From positions 1 to 64,000 of the IMG/VR virus record IMGVR_UViG_3300045988_118194: a stretch of DNA of 64,000 bases, one strand, 5' to 3'. The first letter of the stretch is position 1; each line of letters begins with the position of its first letter. The notes beneath the pieces are model-generated. The model saw only the letters and a list, made by a program, of their open reading frames with translations. It searched no databases and was not told the DNA's origin. This document shows positions 8,333 through 17,852 of the stretch, one piece after another. The translations under genes and the position numbers were made by a program. The DNA comes from a virus.

Positions 8333-9649
8333 ATGAAAGAGAAAATAAAAATATTGACAGATTTAGGGTTTGCGCCTATGGTAGAAGGAGAAGGAAATAC
8401 GTTGTTTAGAATGAACGATGTTGTGATGTCGGTGTCAGATCCTAACCAAACACCAGAGCAGTTGAAGAAGGAGGTTATGTCTTTAATAAAGAACAGAGAC
8501 ATAGCGGAAAGAGGTGGACAGGTTCCAGTAGTTGAAGAGCCGGCGCCTGAGCCAGAGCAGGCCCAGGGAGAAGAACCGGAAGCTCCGGCAGAGGAAGCAG
8601 ATCCTAACCCTGGAGAGGAAGATTCGAATCCGTTTACAGAAAATCAGGAAACGTTAGAGCCGTTTTATATCTGTGATGAGTTAAAGAAGATTGAGACTCC
8701 CAAATTCGTAAGATTGACATTAGACGATAATCGTTTTTATGTAAGGAAGATGGATGATGGGACGGCCAAGATATATGCTTCAGTAACAACTTTAATCAAA
8801 GATGGGTATGTAGATGATAAGACCGCACTTCAGGAATGGAAGCAAGAGATGAAGATGCTTGGTCGCAATCCGGAAGAGGTGGCGCAGTATGAAGCTGATA
8901 AGGGAACGATCATGCACTACTTATACGGATTGTACCTAACAGGTAGAGATATGGTCTTAAATCGAAGTTTTATAGTTAAGACCGTACAAGAAGGTAAGCT
9001 GAAGATATCGAAGAAAAATCTTGACCGATTCTTTAATAGCATAGATGATCTTGATGATATGATTGTCAGAATTATGAAGTTTGCCAAATTTTGTTCAGAG
9101 TATAAGGTTAAGCCGATGATGATTGAAAGAATATTGTCATTAGAGGACTATTTGGTAGCTACGCCGATAGATGCGATGGTTAAAATGACATTCAAATACA
9201 AAGAAGAAGGTTATTTTGGAGCCGTGTATCAAAGGGCCACAGGGCAGTTCAAAAAAGGTGATCCGAAGAAGGAGGTAAGAGACGTGGAGAAGGAAGAAGT
9301 GGTTATTCTCGACTTTAAATCAGGGGGAATATGGGAATCATACGCATTTCAATTAGAAGCTGAAAGAAGAATGGTTAAAGCATGGTATGGGATTGATGCA
9401 CGTATTATGAACTTTTCTCCAAAAAGCACGAGCAGCAAAGGATATACGTTGAAAGAATGGACAGAAGACAGTATAGCACTTGAAAAGGCGGACTGCGTGT
9501 TCCAACAAGGAATGTTGAATCACCTTAGAAAAGATAAGAAGTTCAAAGTGAGAAAAGGAGTGCTGAATATCAATAAGCCGTACAATGAAGAGGATCATAC
9601 GGTCGTGTATGATATTGCAGAGGAAATGTCTAAAAGATTCATAATATGA
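8333..9649 (+). CDS. putative PD-(D/E)XK-family nuclease with an acidic Pro/Glu-rich linker
   Basis: PIDAMVKM (motif II-like Asp) followed about 50 aa later by VVILDFKSG (D-x-K motif III-like). Linker PAPEPEQAQGEEPEAPAEEADPNPGEE. Confidence 0.4.
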   Translation: MKEKIKILTDLGFAPMVEGEGNTLFRMNDVVMSVSDPNQTPEQLKKEVMSLIKNRDIAERGGQVPVVEEPAPEPEQAQGEEPEAPAEEADPNPGEEDSNPFTENQETLEPFYICDELKKIETPKFVRLTLDDNRFYVRKMDDGTAKIYASVTTLIKDGYVDDKTALQEWKQEMKMLGRNPEEVAQYEADKGTIMHYLYGLYLTGRDMVLNRSFIVKTVQEGKLKISKKNLDRFFNSIDDLDDMIVRIMKFAKFCSEYKVKPMMIERILSLEDYLVATPIDAMVKMTFKYKEEGYFGAVYQRATGQFKKGDPKKEVRDVEKEEVVILDFKSGGIWESYAFQLEAERRMVKAWYGIDARIMNFSPKSTSSKGYTLKEWTEDSIALEKADCVFQQGMLNHLRKDKKFKVRKGVLNINKPYNEEDHTVVYDIAEEMSKRFII

Positions 9650-9879
9650 ACGATATTGTTATTCCTGAAGGAGATTATATAGAAATCGTAAAACCGATAT
9701 GCATCAATCCTTTTGGTGATTATTTTATTAACATCAAAAGGGGTTCGAGATTAAGATTATCGAAAGATTTGAAAATAGGAGATAAATATGCAATATGTGT
9801 ACTTGCATCTCATAAGAAATATGGCAAGACCATCGAAATAATAATGCCTATATTGGTCAGAAATACAAGAAGAGTATGA
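9646..9879 (+). CDS. hypothetical protein (77 aa)
   Basis: ORF with ATGA overlap. Confidence 0.3.
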   Translation: MNDIVIPEGDYIEIVKPICINPFGDYFINIKRGSRLRLSKDLKIGDKYAICVLASHKKYGKTIEIIMPILVRNTRRV

Positions 9880-10226
9880 AAAGAAAAATTAGAAGAACAG
9901 GAGAGATAATAGACGTAATCACTTTCAGTAGCTCAACTACAAGAAGCGACCATGACAGAATACAGTTCTATGGTGATAATGGGAATGTGATAAGTGAGAG
10001 TTTAAATTTTTATCTCGATACCCTTCCTGTAAATGACGAAAACAAAGATGTAGACTGGGAGCAACGTAGATTCGATCTTATTAAGGCTTATTCTATTGAG
10101 TTTGTTAAAGCACAAAATAGAAAAGGTGAAATAGATTGCGGAGTATATGTACCAGATGTGGTGTCATGGTCTATAACTATAGCAGATAGAATCATAGAGG
10201 CAATGAGAGGAGTTAAAAATGCTTGA
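9876..10226 (+). CDS. hypothetical protein (116 aa)
   Basis: ORF with ATGA overlap. Confidence 0.35.
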   Translation: MKRKIRRTGEIIDVITFSSSTTRSDHDRIQFYGDNGNVISESLNFYLDTLPVNDENKDVDWEQRRFDLIKAYSIEFVKAQNRKGEIDCGVYVPDVVSWSITIADRIIEAMRGVKNA

Positions 10227-11232
10227 TTTTAGAAAATACGAAAACGTACCTCGGTTTCAACTTGACCGCAGACCTGGCAGGAGCCGACTGAAGCTAACCT
10301 GCCCGGCTTGTGGGAAAAGCCGGTGCCTCACTCCTTATATTGATGTGGCAACAGGTCAGGTTGTTGGAAACGAGTTCGGAAGATGCGATCATGAACGGAC
10401 TTGCGGTTATGATAAACGACCTACTGGTAAGGATGTAGGTGACAAAGATCTTTGGATTTCGGGAAATAAGTGTATAAGAGCTTATCGTCCTCCTGTAAAT
10501 CCTGATGTTGTAAATTACATACCTTTTAGCGAGTTTGAGAGGACTGTGGTTCCAGACGATAGAAACACCGTATTTAGATTTTTATCGTCTCTGTGGGGGA
10601 AAGAAAGGGTGTCTGATGTGTTCAGAAGGTACCATGTCGGAACAATGGATTTATGGGGATGGAAAGGGTGTTGTATATTCTGGCAGATAGACAAAGATTT
10701 TGTATGTAGAACCGGCAAGATCATGGACTTTTATATAAAGACCGACAGCCAGGGGAATGAGATTGATGTAAAAAGAGTGAAGGAAAAAGACGGTAACAAT
10801 GAGCGGCCTCATGTTATGTTTTATCACTCGTTGCATGCAAGAGACTTCTTGTTTAGGCAATGCCTGTTCGGAGAGCATCTTCTAAGCCAGTATCCGGATA
10901 AGGTGGTTAATCTGGTGGAATCAGAAAAGACGGCTATTATATGCGCTGTGAATAAACCGGATGAGTTATTTGTAGCTACCGGTGGGTTGCAGAATCTAAG
11001 GCCGGAAGTGATAGATGTTTTAAAAGATAGAAAGACTGTAGCTTTTCCGGACAAAGGACAAGCATTTGACACATGGAGTAAAAAGATAGATGGGATGATG
11101 ATGAAGTCAAGGATAAAAGTATCGGACTATCTTCAGAGTGTTGAGAATGTAGGGGACGGAGATGATGTGGCAGATTTGATAATTAGCAACAAGGTAAAAG
11201 AAAAACAGTATGAGCCTGGACGTTTATATTAA
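10219..11232 (+). CDS. putative DNA primase (CHC2-type zinc finger plus TOPRIM-like domain)
   Basis: CPACG-x-C...RCDHERTC zinc-binding region. LVESEKTAII (TOPRIM Glu) and VAFPDKGQAFD (degenerate DxD). Confidence 0.45.
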   Translation: MLDFRKYENVPRFQLDRRPGRSRLKLTCPACGKSRCLTPYIDVATGQVVGNEFGRCDHERTCGYDKRPTGKDVGDKDLWISGNKCIRAYRPPVNPDVVNYIPFSEFERTVVPDDRNTVFRFLSSLWGKERVSDVFRRYHVGTMDLWGWKGCCIFWQIDKDFVCRTGKIMDFYIKTDSQGNEIDVKRVKEKDGNNERPHVMFYHSLHARDFLFRQCLFGEHLLSQYPDKVVNLVESEKTAIICAVNKPDELFVATGGLQNLRPEVIDVLKDRKTVAFPDKGQAFDTWSKKIDGMMMKSRIKVSDYLQSVENVGDGDDVADLIISNKVKEKQYEPGRLY

Positions 11233-11563
11233 AAGTAAGAAGAAAGAAGAGGATCGTGAATGGGTTGCAAACATCACCCACAACATGAACAAGATGGTAC
11301 AAAGAATATTTGTATCAGAAAATAAAGAAACGCTGTACGATTATATTTGGAGACCAGAAGAATTGGGTAGGGAAATAGATACCGATGAGATGAAGAATGT
11401 ACTTACAAAAGGTATATGTATTATGATCTCTAAGAGAAAAAGTCTTTTGAGATACGAGCCGGAAAACGGATGGGGGTCTTATGATTCATTTCTTAAGTTT
11501 CTTATCAAATACAAAGAGGCGTGTGAAGATCATCCGGGTTATATAATTGAAGCAAGTAGATAA
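11210..11563 (+). CDS. hypothetical protein (117 aa)
   Basis: ORF. Confidence 0.3.
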   Translation: MSLDVYIKSKKKEEDREWVANITHNMNKMVQRIFVSENKETLYDYIWRPEELGREIDTDEMKNVLTKGICIMISKRKSLLRYEPENGWGSYDSFLKFLIKYKEACEDHPGYIIEASR

Positions 11564-11825
11564 CAACATGGAAAATTATAAAAATACTTTAAATGAGGTA
11601 GTGGTGATCGAATCGTCACCAGAAACGTATTTTGTTTACGCTATTCGTAATGCTATTCGTATCTCTAAATGTGCGTATCCGACAGCCAAGAAAGTAATTT
11701 TCAAAAGAGAGGACGTAGAGGTAGAGATCTCGGAAATGGAAACTGAAAACAGTTTGTATGAAAAGTTTAAAGAAAAACAAAAGAATAGGGTATGGAACTT
11801 AATGAGCGCCAACAACGGGTTTTAA
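11547..11825 (+). CDS. hypothetical protein (92 aa)
   Basis: ORF. Confidence 0.3.
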   Translation: MKQVDNNMENYKNTLNEVVVIESSPETYFVYAIRNAIRISKCAYPTAKKVIFKREDVEVEISEMETENSLYEKFKEKQKNRVWNLMSANNGF

Positions 11826-12358
11826 GAGGCGAAATTTGTCCTTATTGCGGAAAAGAAACCGAGCTGGTCAATGCCGATAAAATATATAGCAGAAAAGGCT
11901 TAGGGATGGTTATGATGTGTAAACCATGCAACGCTTATGTCGGTGTTCATGAATCAGGGCCGAATAAGGGAAAAGCTAAAGGCCGGCTTGCGGGGCCATC
12001 ACTGAGATCTCTTAAGATAAGAGTCCATGCCGAACTTGACAGACTATGGTCTACGCCAGAGGAACGGGAAAGGATGTATAAAGATTTATCTGAATTTCTC
12101 TCTATACCGGAAGAATACACACATATAGGTATGTTTGGCGAGAAGACGATGGGAAAAGTATTTCAATTCTGTCATGTAAACAAAGAGCGATCAGGTTCGA
12201 GAATAGAATGGCATAAACCTGGAGATAAGTGCCCTAATAAAAACAATCAAATAGTGTCAGGAAGTAGCGCATGTAGAGGATGTCCTGAGTATCTCCATGA
12301 TGAGAAAGACGGGTATGTCTGGTGTGATCCTGATATGAGTTACGGCAGGTTGAGATAG
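11792..12358 (+). CDS. zinc-ribbon protein (DUF3268-like phage zinc-finger domain)
   Basis: CPYCG...x17...CKPCNAYVGVHESG and C-terminal CRGCPEY...WCDPD. Confidence 0.4.
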   Translation: MELNERQQRVLRGEICPYCGKETELVNADKIYSRKGLGMVMMCKPCNAYVGVHESGPNKGKAKGRLAGPSLRSLKIRVHAELDRLWSTPEERERMYKDLSEFLSIPEEYTHIGMFGEKTMGKVFQFCHVNKERSGSRIEWHKPGDKCPNKNNQIVSGSSACRGCPEYLHDEKDGYVWCDPDMSYGRLR

Positions 12359-12376
12359 GGCGAGAATTGCCTATCT

Positions 12377-12688
12377 TTGTGCTATTATCAATCAAAAAAA
12401 TGTAAGAAGATGGGCAGATCAACAGAGTACTACAGGACTCATCCCGAAGCCAGGAAGAAAAAGGCTAAAAAAGACAAGGAGATAAATGCCAGACCGGAAC
12501 AGAAAGCCAAACGCCGGGAGCTTGGTCGTAAAAACTACGAAACGGACAAGAAGAAGGGCAAGGGCTGGAGGAAAGGCAAGGATTGTTCTCATACCAAGAA
12601 CGGTCTTAGGTATAAATCAGTAAAAGCTAATAGGGGATCCAAGTCGGATACGAAAGGTGACAAAAATGCAAGAGGAGATAGCAAATAG
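12377..12688 (+). CDS. very basic Lys/Arg-rich small protein (possible nucleic-acid-binding). Could be an AT-rich frame artefact.
   Basis: Fills an otherwise 300-bp gap. More than 35% K/R. Confidence 0.3.
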   Translation: MCYYQSKKCKKMGRSTEYYRTHPEARKKKAKKDKEINARPEQKAKRRELGRKNYETDKKKGKGWRKGKDCSHTKNGLRYKSVKANRGSKSDTKGDKNARGDSK

Positions 12689-13790
12689 GATAGATATAAG
12701 AAGGATATTCAAGACCTCTAAACAAGTTATGGAAGAGGCGTATGAGAATATCTTGAAATACAGGCGGGGAGAGCTTATCCCCGCTAAAACCGGATACGAT
12801 TATATTGATGAGGCTTTGCTTGGAGGTATTTTCCCTCAGCATGCTATTGCCATAGGAGCCCGGCCATCTGTAGGTAAATCGTATGTGGCCCAAAAGATAT
12901 TGGAAAATGTGATGAATCCGATGATCAACCCGCAAGCAGAAGATTATTTTCTTGTTAATTGCGAGTTCGAAATGAATCCTCAAGATCTTCTTCTTCGTAG
13001 AATGAGCCAGGATATGAAAAAGCGGGCTCCTGAAATATTAAGAAGGCAAGATTCTAATACAGTAGAAGAGATGAGGATGTTTGAAATCCTTCAAGGTGAA
13101 ATCAGGAATAATATAATATACATCGATGCTCCGTGTACGGTAAAAGAGTTTGAGGCGGCTGTGTATCATATAGCTACCAAACATAAAGACAAACGTCTTA
13201 TAATATTTAAAGTCGATCATATTGCTTTGATAAAAAGAATGGGGTTAGATCCTAAGTCGGCTATAGATGATTTGGTGGCGGTTATGAACGAAGCTAAATT
13301 AGTATATAAAAACATATTTTTCCTCATCATATCCCAATTCAACAGAGAGATAGAAGGAAGGATAAAAAGCCCACAAGAGCAGCCTCCGCGTCTTTCTGAT
13401 TTTTACCAGTCTGATACGCTGGGTCAGTTATGTACGTTAATGATAGGTTTGCACAATCCTCGTAGGTACGGGCTGGATAAGTATATGATATTTGGGAAAG
13501 ATTGGTATCAGACTCTTGATAGGTTTAAAACTGAAAACAAAACATCATTCAGGACAGCCGGACTGGTGTTTCATCATATACTGAAGGTAAGGCAAGTTAG
13601 TATGGAAGAGCTTACTAATACAATCCACCCGGAGATCCTGCCAGGGCATGGATGGATGTACGGGGAGGGCGGGACGAAGTTCGTGAACCCCAACCAGCCG
13701 CCGACTCCGCCCAAGCTCTATACTGTGGAAGACGTTACAGACAATCAGGAACAAGAACAAGAGACAAAGGAAGAACAGTCATTGTATTAA
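12657..13790 (+). CDS. replicative DNA helicase, DnaB-like (RecA-fold C-terminal domain)
   Basis: GYDYIDEALLGGIFPQHAIAIGARPSVGKSYVAQ matches the DnaB Walker A region. Walker B-like LIIFKVDHIALI. Pro-rich C-tail. Confidence 0.65.
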   Translation: MTKMQEEIANRIDIRRIFKTSKQVMEEAYENILKYRRGELIPAKTGYDYIDEALLGGIFPQHAIAIGARPSVGKSYVAQKILENVMNPMINPQAEDYFLVNCEFEMNPQDLLLRRMSQDMKKRAPEILRRQDSNTVEEMRMFEILQGEIRNNIIYIDAPCTVKEFEAAVYHIATKHKDKRLIIFKVDHIALIKRMGLDPKSAIDDLVAVMNEAKLVYKNIFFLIISQFNREIEGRIKSPQEQPPRLSDFYQSDTLGQLCTLMIGLHNPRRYGLDKYMIFGKDWYQTLDRFKTENKTSFRTAGLVFHHILKVRQVSMEELTNTIHPEILPGHGWMYGEGGTKFVNPNQPPTPPKLYTVEDVTDNQEQEQETKEEQSLY

Positions 13791-13804
13791 AAAAAATAAG
13801 AACC

Positions 13805-14407
13805 ATGAGACTAACAGTAGAAGAAAACGAATACCTGATAAGTAAGTTCCTTTTGGTTCTTACTGAGTTTGCAGGGGATGAAAGAGAGATGTTTTTAATC
13901 AACTCCATACATGATAAGGCGGTGGCGGATATGAATTATCGTCTTCCGTCTTTAATAAGCAGAGAACGTAAAAGACGAGTTATTGAGCTCCTTAAAGAAG
14001 GAACCAGAATAATCAAGGACTTTTCTGGTTATGCAGGTGATATGGGGATGATTAACGAATACGATCGTCTAAAGAAAGAAATAGGAACCGTCCAAGACCA
14101 GCTTGGTGACGTAGAAGGTCAACTTCGGGCAGCAGGAGAAGTTATTAAAAAAGAACTTGATATGATTGCTGACCGAATAAAAGAAGATCTTCTTGATCGG
14201 GAACTGGCTAAAAGTAATGCCGAGGCTGAAAGAAAAGCCAAAGTAGATCCGAGATACGAAGTAGCTTTAGGTGATTACAAGGAGATGCTGGAAGTAATTT
14301 TTACAACCAGAAACAAGTATTCTACGGTAGATTCTGTACATGACGATCTTCGACAGTCGGTATCTACCGGTAGAAATTCGATTATCAAAGAAGGATACAA
14401 CAGTTAA
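13805..14407 (+). CDS. hypothetical coiled-coil protein (track ORF 13652..14407 overlaps the helicase; first plausible ATG at 13805)
   Basis: ORF. Heptad-like charged region. Confidence 0.4.
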   Translation: MRLTVEENEYLISKFLLVLTEFAGDEREMFLINSIHDKAVADMNYRLPSLISRERKRRVIELLKEGTRIIKDFSGYAGDMGMINEYDRLKKEIGTVQDQLGDVEGQLRAAGEVIKKELDMIADRIKEDLLDRELAKSNAEAERKAKVDPRYEVALGDYKEMLEVIFTTRNKYSTVDSVHDDLRQSVSTGRNSIIKEGYNS

Positions 14408-14422
14408 AAACAAGGAGGGAAT

Positions 14423-14620
14423 ATGGAAAAGAAGGAATTTAAAGTAGGAGAAGTATTTGATGCCGGACTTGTAAGATTAAAATGTGTGGAAGGTGATACA
14501 TGCGATAGGTGTATATTCGAAGATTACGATTCTTGTTCATGTACAGACATAATTGTTGGTCTATGTGGACATGTTGATAGACAAGATAACAAGAATGTTA
14601 TTTTTATTAAAGCTGATTAG
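14423..14620 (+). CDS. small Cys-rich protein (65 aa)
   Basis: CVEGDTCDRC...CSC...C. AGGAGG-like sequence upstream. Confidence 0.35.
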   Translation: MEKKEFKVGEVFDAGLVRLKCVEGDTCDRCIFEDYDSCSCTDIIVGLCGHVDRQDNKNVIFIKAD

Positions 14621-14622
14621 GT

Positions 14623-15336
14623 ATGTACATCAATTTCAGACAACTTGCAGCATCAGACATGACTCCTAATGATCTTGCTAATCTTCTTGCCATAAGACAG
14701 AAGGATACGGTTATGATCGAAGCCATGCCGGAAGAAGATGCTGGGAGATATATAGAGCTTGGCCTGGTTGAGAAATTAAAATCAGGCGTGATGAGATTAA
14801 CCAACAAAGGAACGTCTTTTGTGAATTATATAGAGACACCGGAAATGACGGACGAGGTTCTGGAAACGTTGAAGATTATGATAGGAATGTACGAATCATA
14901 TTCAAAAGACATAGGTGTCAGCAGAAAAGAAGCGGAATCCAGATTGTGTTGGTTTATGGGTAACACCTCATTCAAGAAAAAGGTCATACTTCAGGTAACG
15001 GAATCTTATATAGCAGAGTCAGGAGATTATACAATGAGCTTATGTAACTTCATATGGAAACCGCCTTCTCAGGCTTTTTCAGTCCATATGAACCTTAAAA
15101 ATTCAAAGCTCTTTGACTTAATAGCTGAAAAATTTAAGATCGCTACCGAGCCTTATTTGGAGTCTAAGAAGAATAAGGAAATGGATTGGTTGTTTGCCGT
15201 ATCTAAATTGCCTACGCCGCCGGCTAAAGGAAATCCGGATTATTTGTTTACCGGAAGTTCGGAAACAGACAAAGAGCGATTGAAAAACATAAAAACGTAT
15301 TTATTTAACAAAATTAGAAAGCAATGGAAAAAGTAA
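14623..15336 (+). CDS. hypothetical protein (237 aa)
   Basis: ORF immediately upstream of the ACP homolog. Confidence 0.45.
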   Translation: MYINFRQLAASDMTPNDLANLLAIRQKDTVMIEAMPEEDAGRYIELGLVEKLKSGVMRLTNKGTSFVNYIETPEMTDEVLETLKIMIGMYESYSKDIGVSRKEAESRLCWFMGNTSFKKKVILQVTESYIAESGDYTMSLCNFIWKPPSQAFSVHMNLKNSKLFDLIAEKFKIATEPYLESKKNKEMDWLFAVSKLPTPPAKGNPDYLFTGSSETDKERLKNIKTYLFNKIRKQWKK

Positions 15337-15575
15337 GAATCAGAAAGATAATAGAGGATATAATTATTACTCAGTTTCTTAATTCGGAAATAGATATAGT
15401 TCATGAAGAAGATGTGACGTTTAAAGAACTTGGATTAGATTCTGTTGATCAAATTGAACTGGAAGTGATGGTGGAACAAAAATTCAATATTGTTATTATT
15501 GATTATGATATGGAGACCATCAAAGATATGACTGATCTTGTTTACAAAATAATAACAGAAGGGTATGGGAAGTGA
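15324..15575 (+). CDS. acyl carrier protein homolog
   Basis: 83-aa acidic protein. FKELGLDSVDQIELEVMVEQKFNI matches the ACP phosphopantetheine-attachment region (DSL/DSV serine). KIIED at the N-terminus also parallels ACP. Confidence 0.6.
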   Translation: MEKVRIRKIIEDIIITQFLNSEIDIVHEEDVTFKELGLDSVDQIELEVMVEQKFNIVIIDYDMETIKDMTDLVYKIITEGYGK

Positions 15576-16059
15576 CATAATTTTATGCATGGCTTTAATA
15601 GCGTCATTTGCTTTTGTTATACAGTTTTTGTTGTCGATATTAGGATCTGATCTGGATACGGATATTGACATTGACAGTGCTTCTGATTTAAGTATGTCTT
15701 TGTCGGACATCATATCATTCAAGGGCATAACACATTTTATTCTTGGATATAGCTGGACTACCTACTTTTCGGGTTCCCATTTAGTAGGGGTTGTGATAGG
15801 GTCGTTTTTCTTTATCGTTTTGTTTTACGTATATAAGTTACTTCTTAAGTTAAAACAAGAAATGGTGTACGAATGTCCGGAAGATTTAAATGGCAGAGAG
15901 GTGGAGATAGTATTTAGATCAGGGAAGAATCATTATATGGTAAATATTTCGAAAAATGGAAGACAAGAGCAAATGAGAGTAAGATGCTTGTCTGGAAAAA
16001 CCTACAAAAACGGCGACAAGGCGAATATAAAATATGAAGAAGGAGAATTAAGTATCTAA
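15565..16059 (+). CDS. NfeD-like membrane protein (short form: N-terminal TM helices plus a C-terminal soluble beta-domain)
   Basis: Two or three hydrophobic helices, then a soluble C-terminal region. Lies directly upstream of the flotillin gene, as in bacterial nfeD-flotillin operons. Confidence 0.45.
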   Translation: MGSDIILCMALIASFAFVIQFLLSILGSDLDTDIDIDSASDLSMSLSDIISFKGITHFILGYSWTTYFSGSHLVGVVIGSFFFIVLFYVYKLLLKLKQEMVYECPEDLNGREVEIVFRSGKNHYMVNISKNGRQEQMRVRCLSGKTYKNGDKANIKYEEGELSI

Positions 16060-16090
16060 TTTTTTTATCAACAATTAAATTTTAAAAGTT

Positions 16091-17791
16091 ATGACAACAA
16101 TCATGTACGTGTCAGCTATCTTAGCTGTAGTGATTATTTTGACAATCATCGGAGTCTTATCAAGGTATCGTAGATGTAAGCCTAATCAAGTCTTGGTCGT
16201 TTATGGTAAGACAGGTGGGGAAAAGAAATCGGCGAAATTATATCATGGTGGAGCGGCATTCGTCTTGCCTATTATTCAAAGCTATGATATTTTGTCTATG
16301 GAGCCTATGCAAATAGATTGTAGGCTCACCGGTGCTTTGTCGTCTCAAAATATCAGAGTGGATGTACCTACTACTATTACAGTAGCAATCAGCACAAATC
16401 CTGAAATTATGCAGAATGCAGCAGAAAGGCTTTTGGGGATGGATACTGAATCTACTGAAAATCTTATTACGGATATCGTTTATGGCCAAATGCGTTTGAT
16501 CATTGCTGAAATGACGATTGAAAAACTTAATTCTGACAGGGATGAGTTTTTGGATAAGGCAAGAAAAAACATTGATAACGAACTTAATAAGTTAGGCCTT
16601 TACCTCCTAAATATCAACATCAGTGACATCAGAGACGAAGCCGGCTATATCATGAATCTTGGCAAAGAAGCTGAAAGTAAGGCCCTGAACGAAGCACAGG
16701 CTAATATCGAAGAACAGGAAAAGCTGGGTGCTATTAAGATTGCTGTACAGCAAAAGGAAAAAGAAACGGCTGTAGCTAATACCCAAAAAGAGCAAGAGAT
16801 TCAAATTGCCTATACTGAAAAAGAAAAGGAAACGGTAGTAGCTGAAACAAAGAAAGAAAAAGAAGTAGCTTTGGCTTTAACCGATAAAGAAAAACAGATC
16901 GGTGTAGCTCAAGCCGATAGAGATAGGGCTGCGGTTATTGCAAAGACTTTGGCTGACAAAGAATCGGCGATTGCAAGATCTAAGGCAGAACTTGAGGTAA
17001 ACAAAGCTGAGGCTGAAAGAATGGAAGAAGTCGGAAAGAATAAGGCTGAAGCTGACAAGGAAGCGGCTATAGCAATACAAGACTCTGAAGCTCAGATTAA
17101 GAAGGCTGAGGCTGAGAAAAATGCGTCTATAGGATACAACAATGCCCAGAAGGAGGTTGCTGTGTCAGTATCAGAACTACAGATCATCAAAGCTCAATCA
17201 GAAAAGAAGGCCGGAGAAGAAAAAGTTAAATCGGAAGCGGCTGTAAAAACAGCAAAAGAGCTTGCCGACAAAGAAGTGGAAGAAGCTAAGGCTAAGAAAG
17301 TTCAGGCTGCGCTTAAGGCTGAAAAGATTGTGCCGGCTGAAACCCAGAAGGAAGAGGCTATCTTGCAAGCTGATGCTGAAGCAGAAAAGATTAAACGCCG
17401 GGCTGCCGCTGAAGCAGCAGCCAATTTGGCAAAAGCAGAAGCCGAAGCAAAGGCTATTAAGATGAAGTTGGAAGCAGAAGCCGAAGGTAAGAAAAAGTCG
17501 TTAATGGCAGAAGCCGACGGATTTAAGGCTATGGTGGAAGCAGCAGAATCCAATCCTCAGATAGCCATCCAGTACAAGATGGTTAATCAGTGGAAAGAAA
17601 TTGCTGGAGAACAGGTTAAGGCATTTGAGCACATTAACCTCGGAAATATCACGGTATTTGACGGCGGTCAGAACAGTACCGGTAATTTCCTTAACAATGT
17701 TGTTAAGACCGTCGCTCCGGCATTGGGAGTCATTGATCAGCTTCCGATTGCAGATACTTTAAAGAAGCTAAAAGGAGATGACAAAAAATAA
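16091..17791 (+). CDS. SPFH/band-7 flotillin-like protein (YqiK/FloA-like)
   Basis: N-terminal TM helix. SPFH-like CKPNQVLVVYGKTGG...GGAAFVLPIIQSYDILSMEPMQIDC. Long Ala/Glu/Lys coiled-coil repeat region typical of flotillins. Confidence 0.75.
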   Translation: MTTIMYVSAILAVVIILTIIGVLSRYRRCKPNQVLVVYGKTGGEKKSAKLYHGGAAFVLPIIQSYDILSMEPMQIDCRLTGALSSQNIRVDVPTTITVAISTNPEIMQNAAERLLGMDTESTENLITDIVYGQMRLIIAEMTIEKLNSDRDEFLDKARKNIDNELNKLGLYLLNINISDIRDEAGYIMNLGKEAESKALNEAQANIEEQEKLGAIKIAVQQKEKETAVANTQKEQEIQIAYTEKEKETVVAETKKEKEVALALTDKEKQIGVAQADRDRAAVIAKTLADKESAIARSKAELEVNKAEAERMEEVGKNKAEADKEAAIAIQDSEAQIKKAEAEKNASIGYNNAQKEVAVSVSELQIIKAQSEKKAGEEKVKSEAAVKTAKELADKEVEEAKAKKVQAALKAEKIVPAETQKEEAILQADAEAEKIKRRAAAEAAANLAKAEAEAKAIKMKLEAEAEGKKKSLMAEADGFKAMVEAAESNPQIAIQYKMVNQWKEIAGEQVKAFEHINLGNITVFDGGQNSTGNFLNNVVKTVAPALGVIDQLPIADTLKKLKGDDKK

Positions 17792-17798
17792 ATACAAT

Positions 17799-17820
17799 GG
17801 CCCAAGGTTACACTTGGGCC
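17799..17820 (+). terminator. GC-rich hairpin downstream of the flotillin gene (8-bp stem ggcccaag/cttgggcc) without a clear U-tract
   Basis: Perfect 8-bp stem with a 6-nt loop, 8 nt after the stop. Confidence 0.35.
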
Positions 17821-17852
17821 TAATTGAAGAAATAAAAGCAGCATTCATAGAT

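Noticed and set aside
12377-12688. Extremely Lys/Arg-rich 103-aa ORF
   Set aside because: Kept only as a low-confidence feature. AAA/AAG-rich frames arise easily in AT-rich DNA, although the ORF does fill an otherwise empty 300-bp gap.
13652-13804. Track ORF start at 13652 overlapping the last 140 nt of the DnaB-like helicase
   Set aside because: The N-terminal extension is an alternative frame of the helicase's GC-rich Pro-rich tail. The first ATG after the helicase stop (13805) is a more plausible start.
14623-15336. 237-aa ORF upstream of the ACP as a phosphopantetheinyl transferase (RKEAESR resembling the xKEAxxK PPTase motif)
   Set aside because: Only one weak motif-like string. No GxD or paired-halves architecture is visible.
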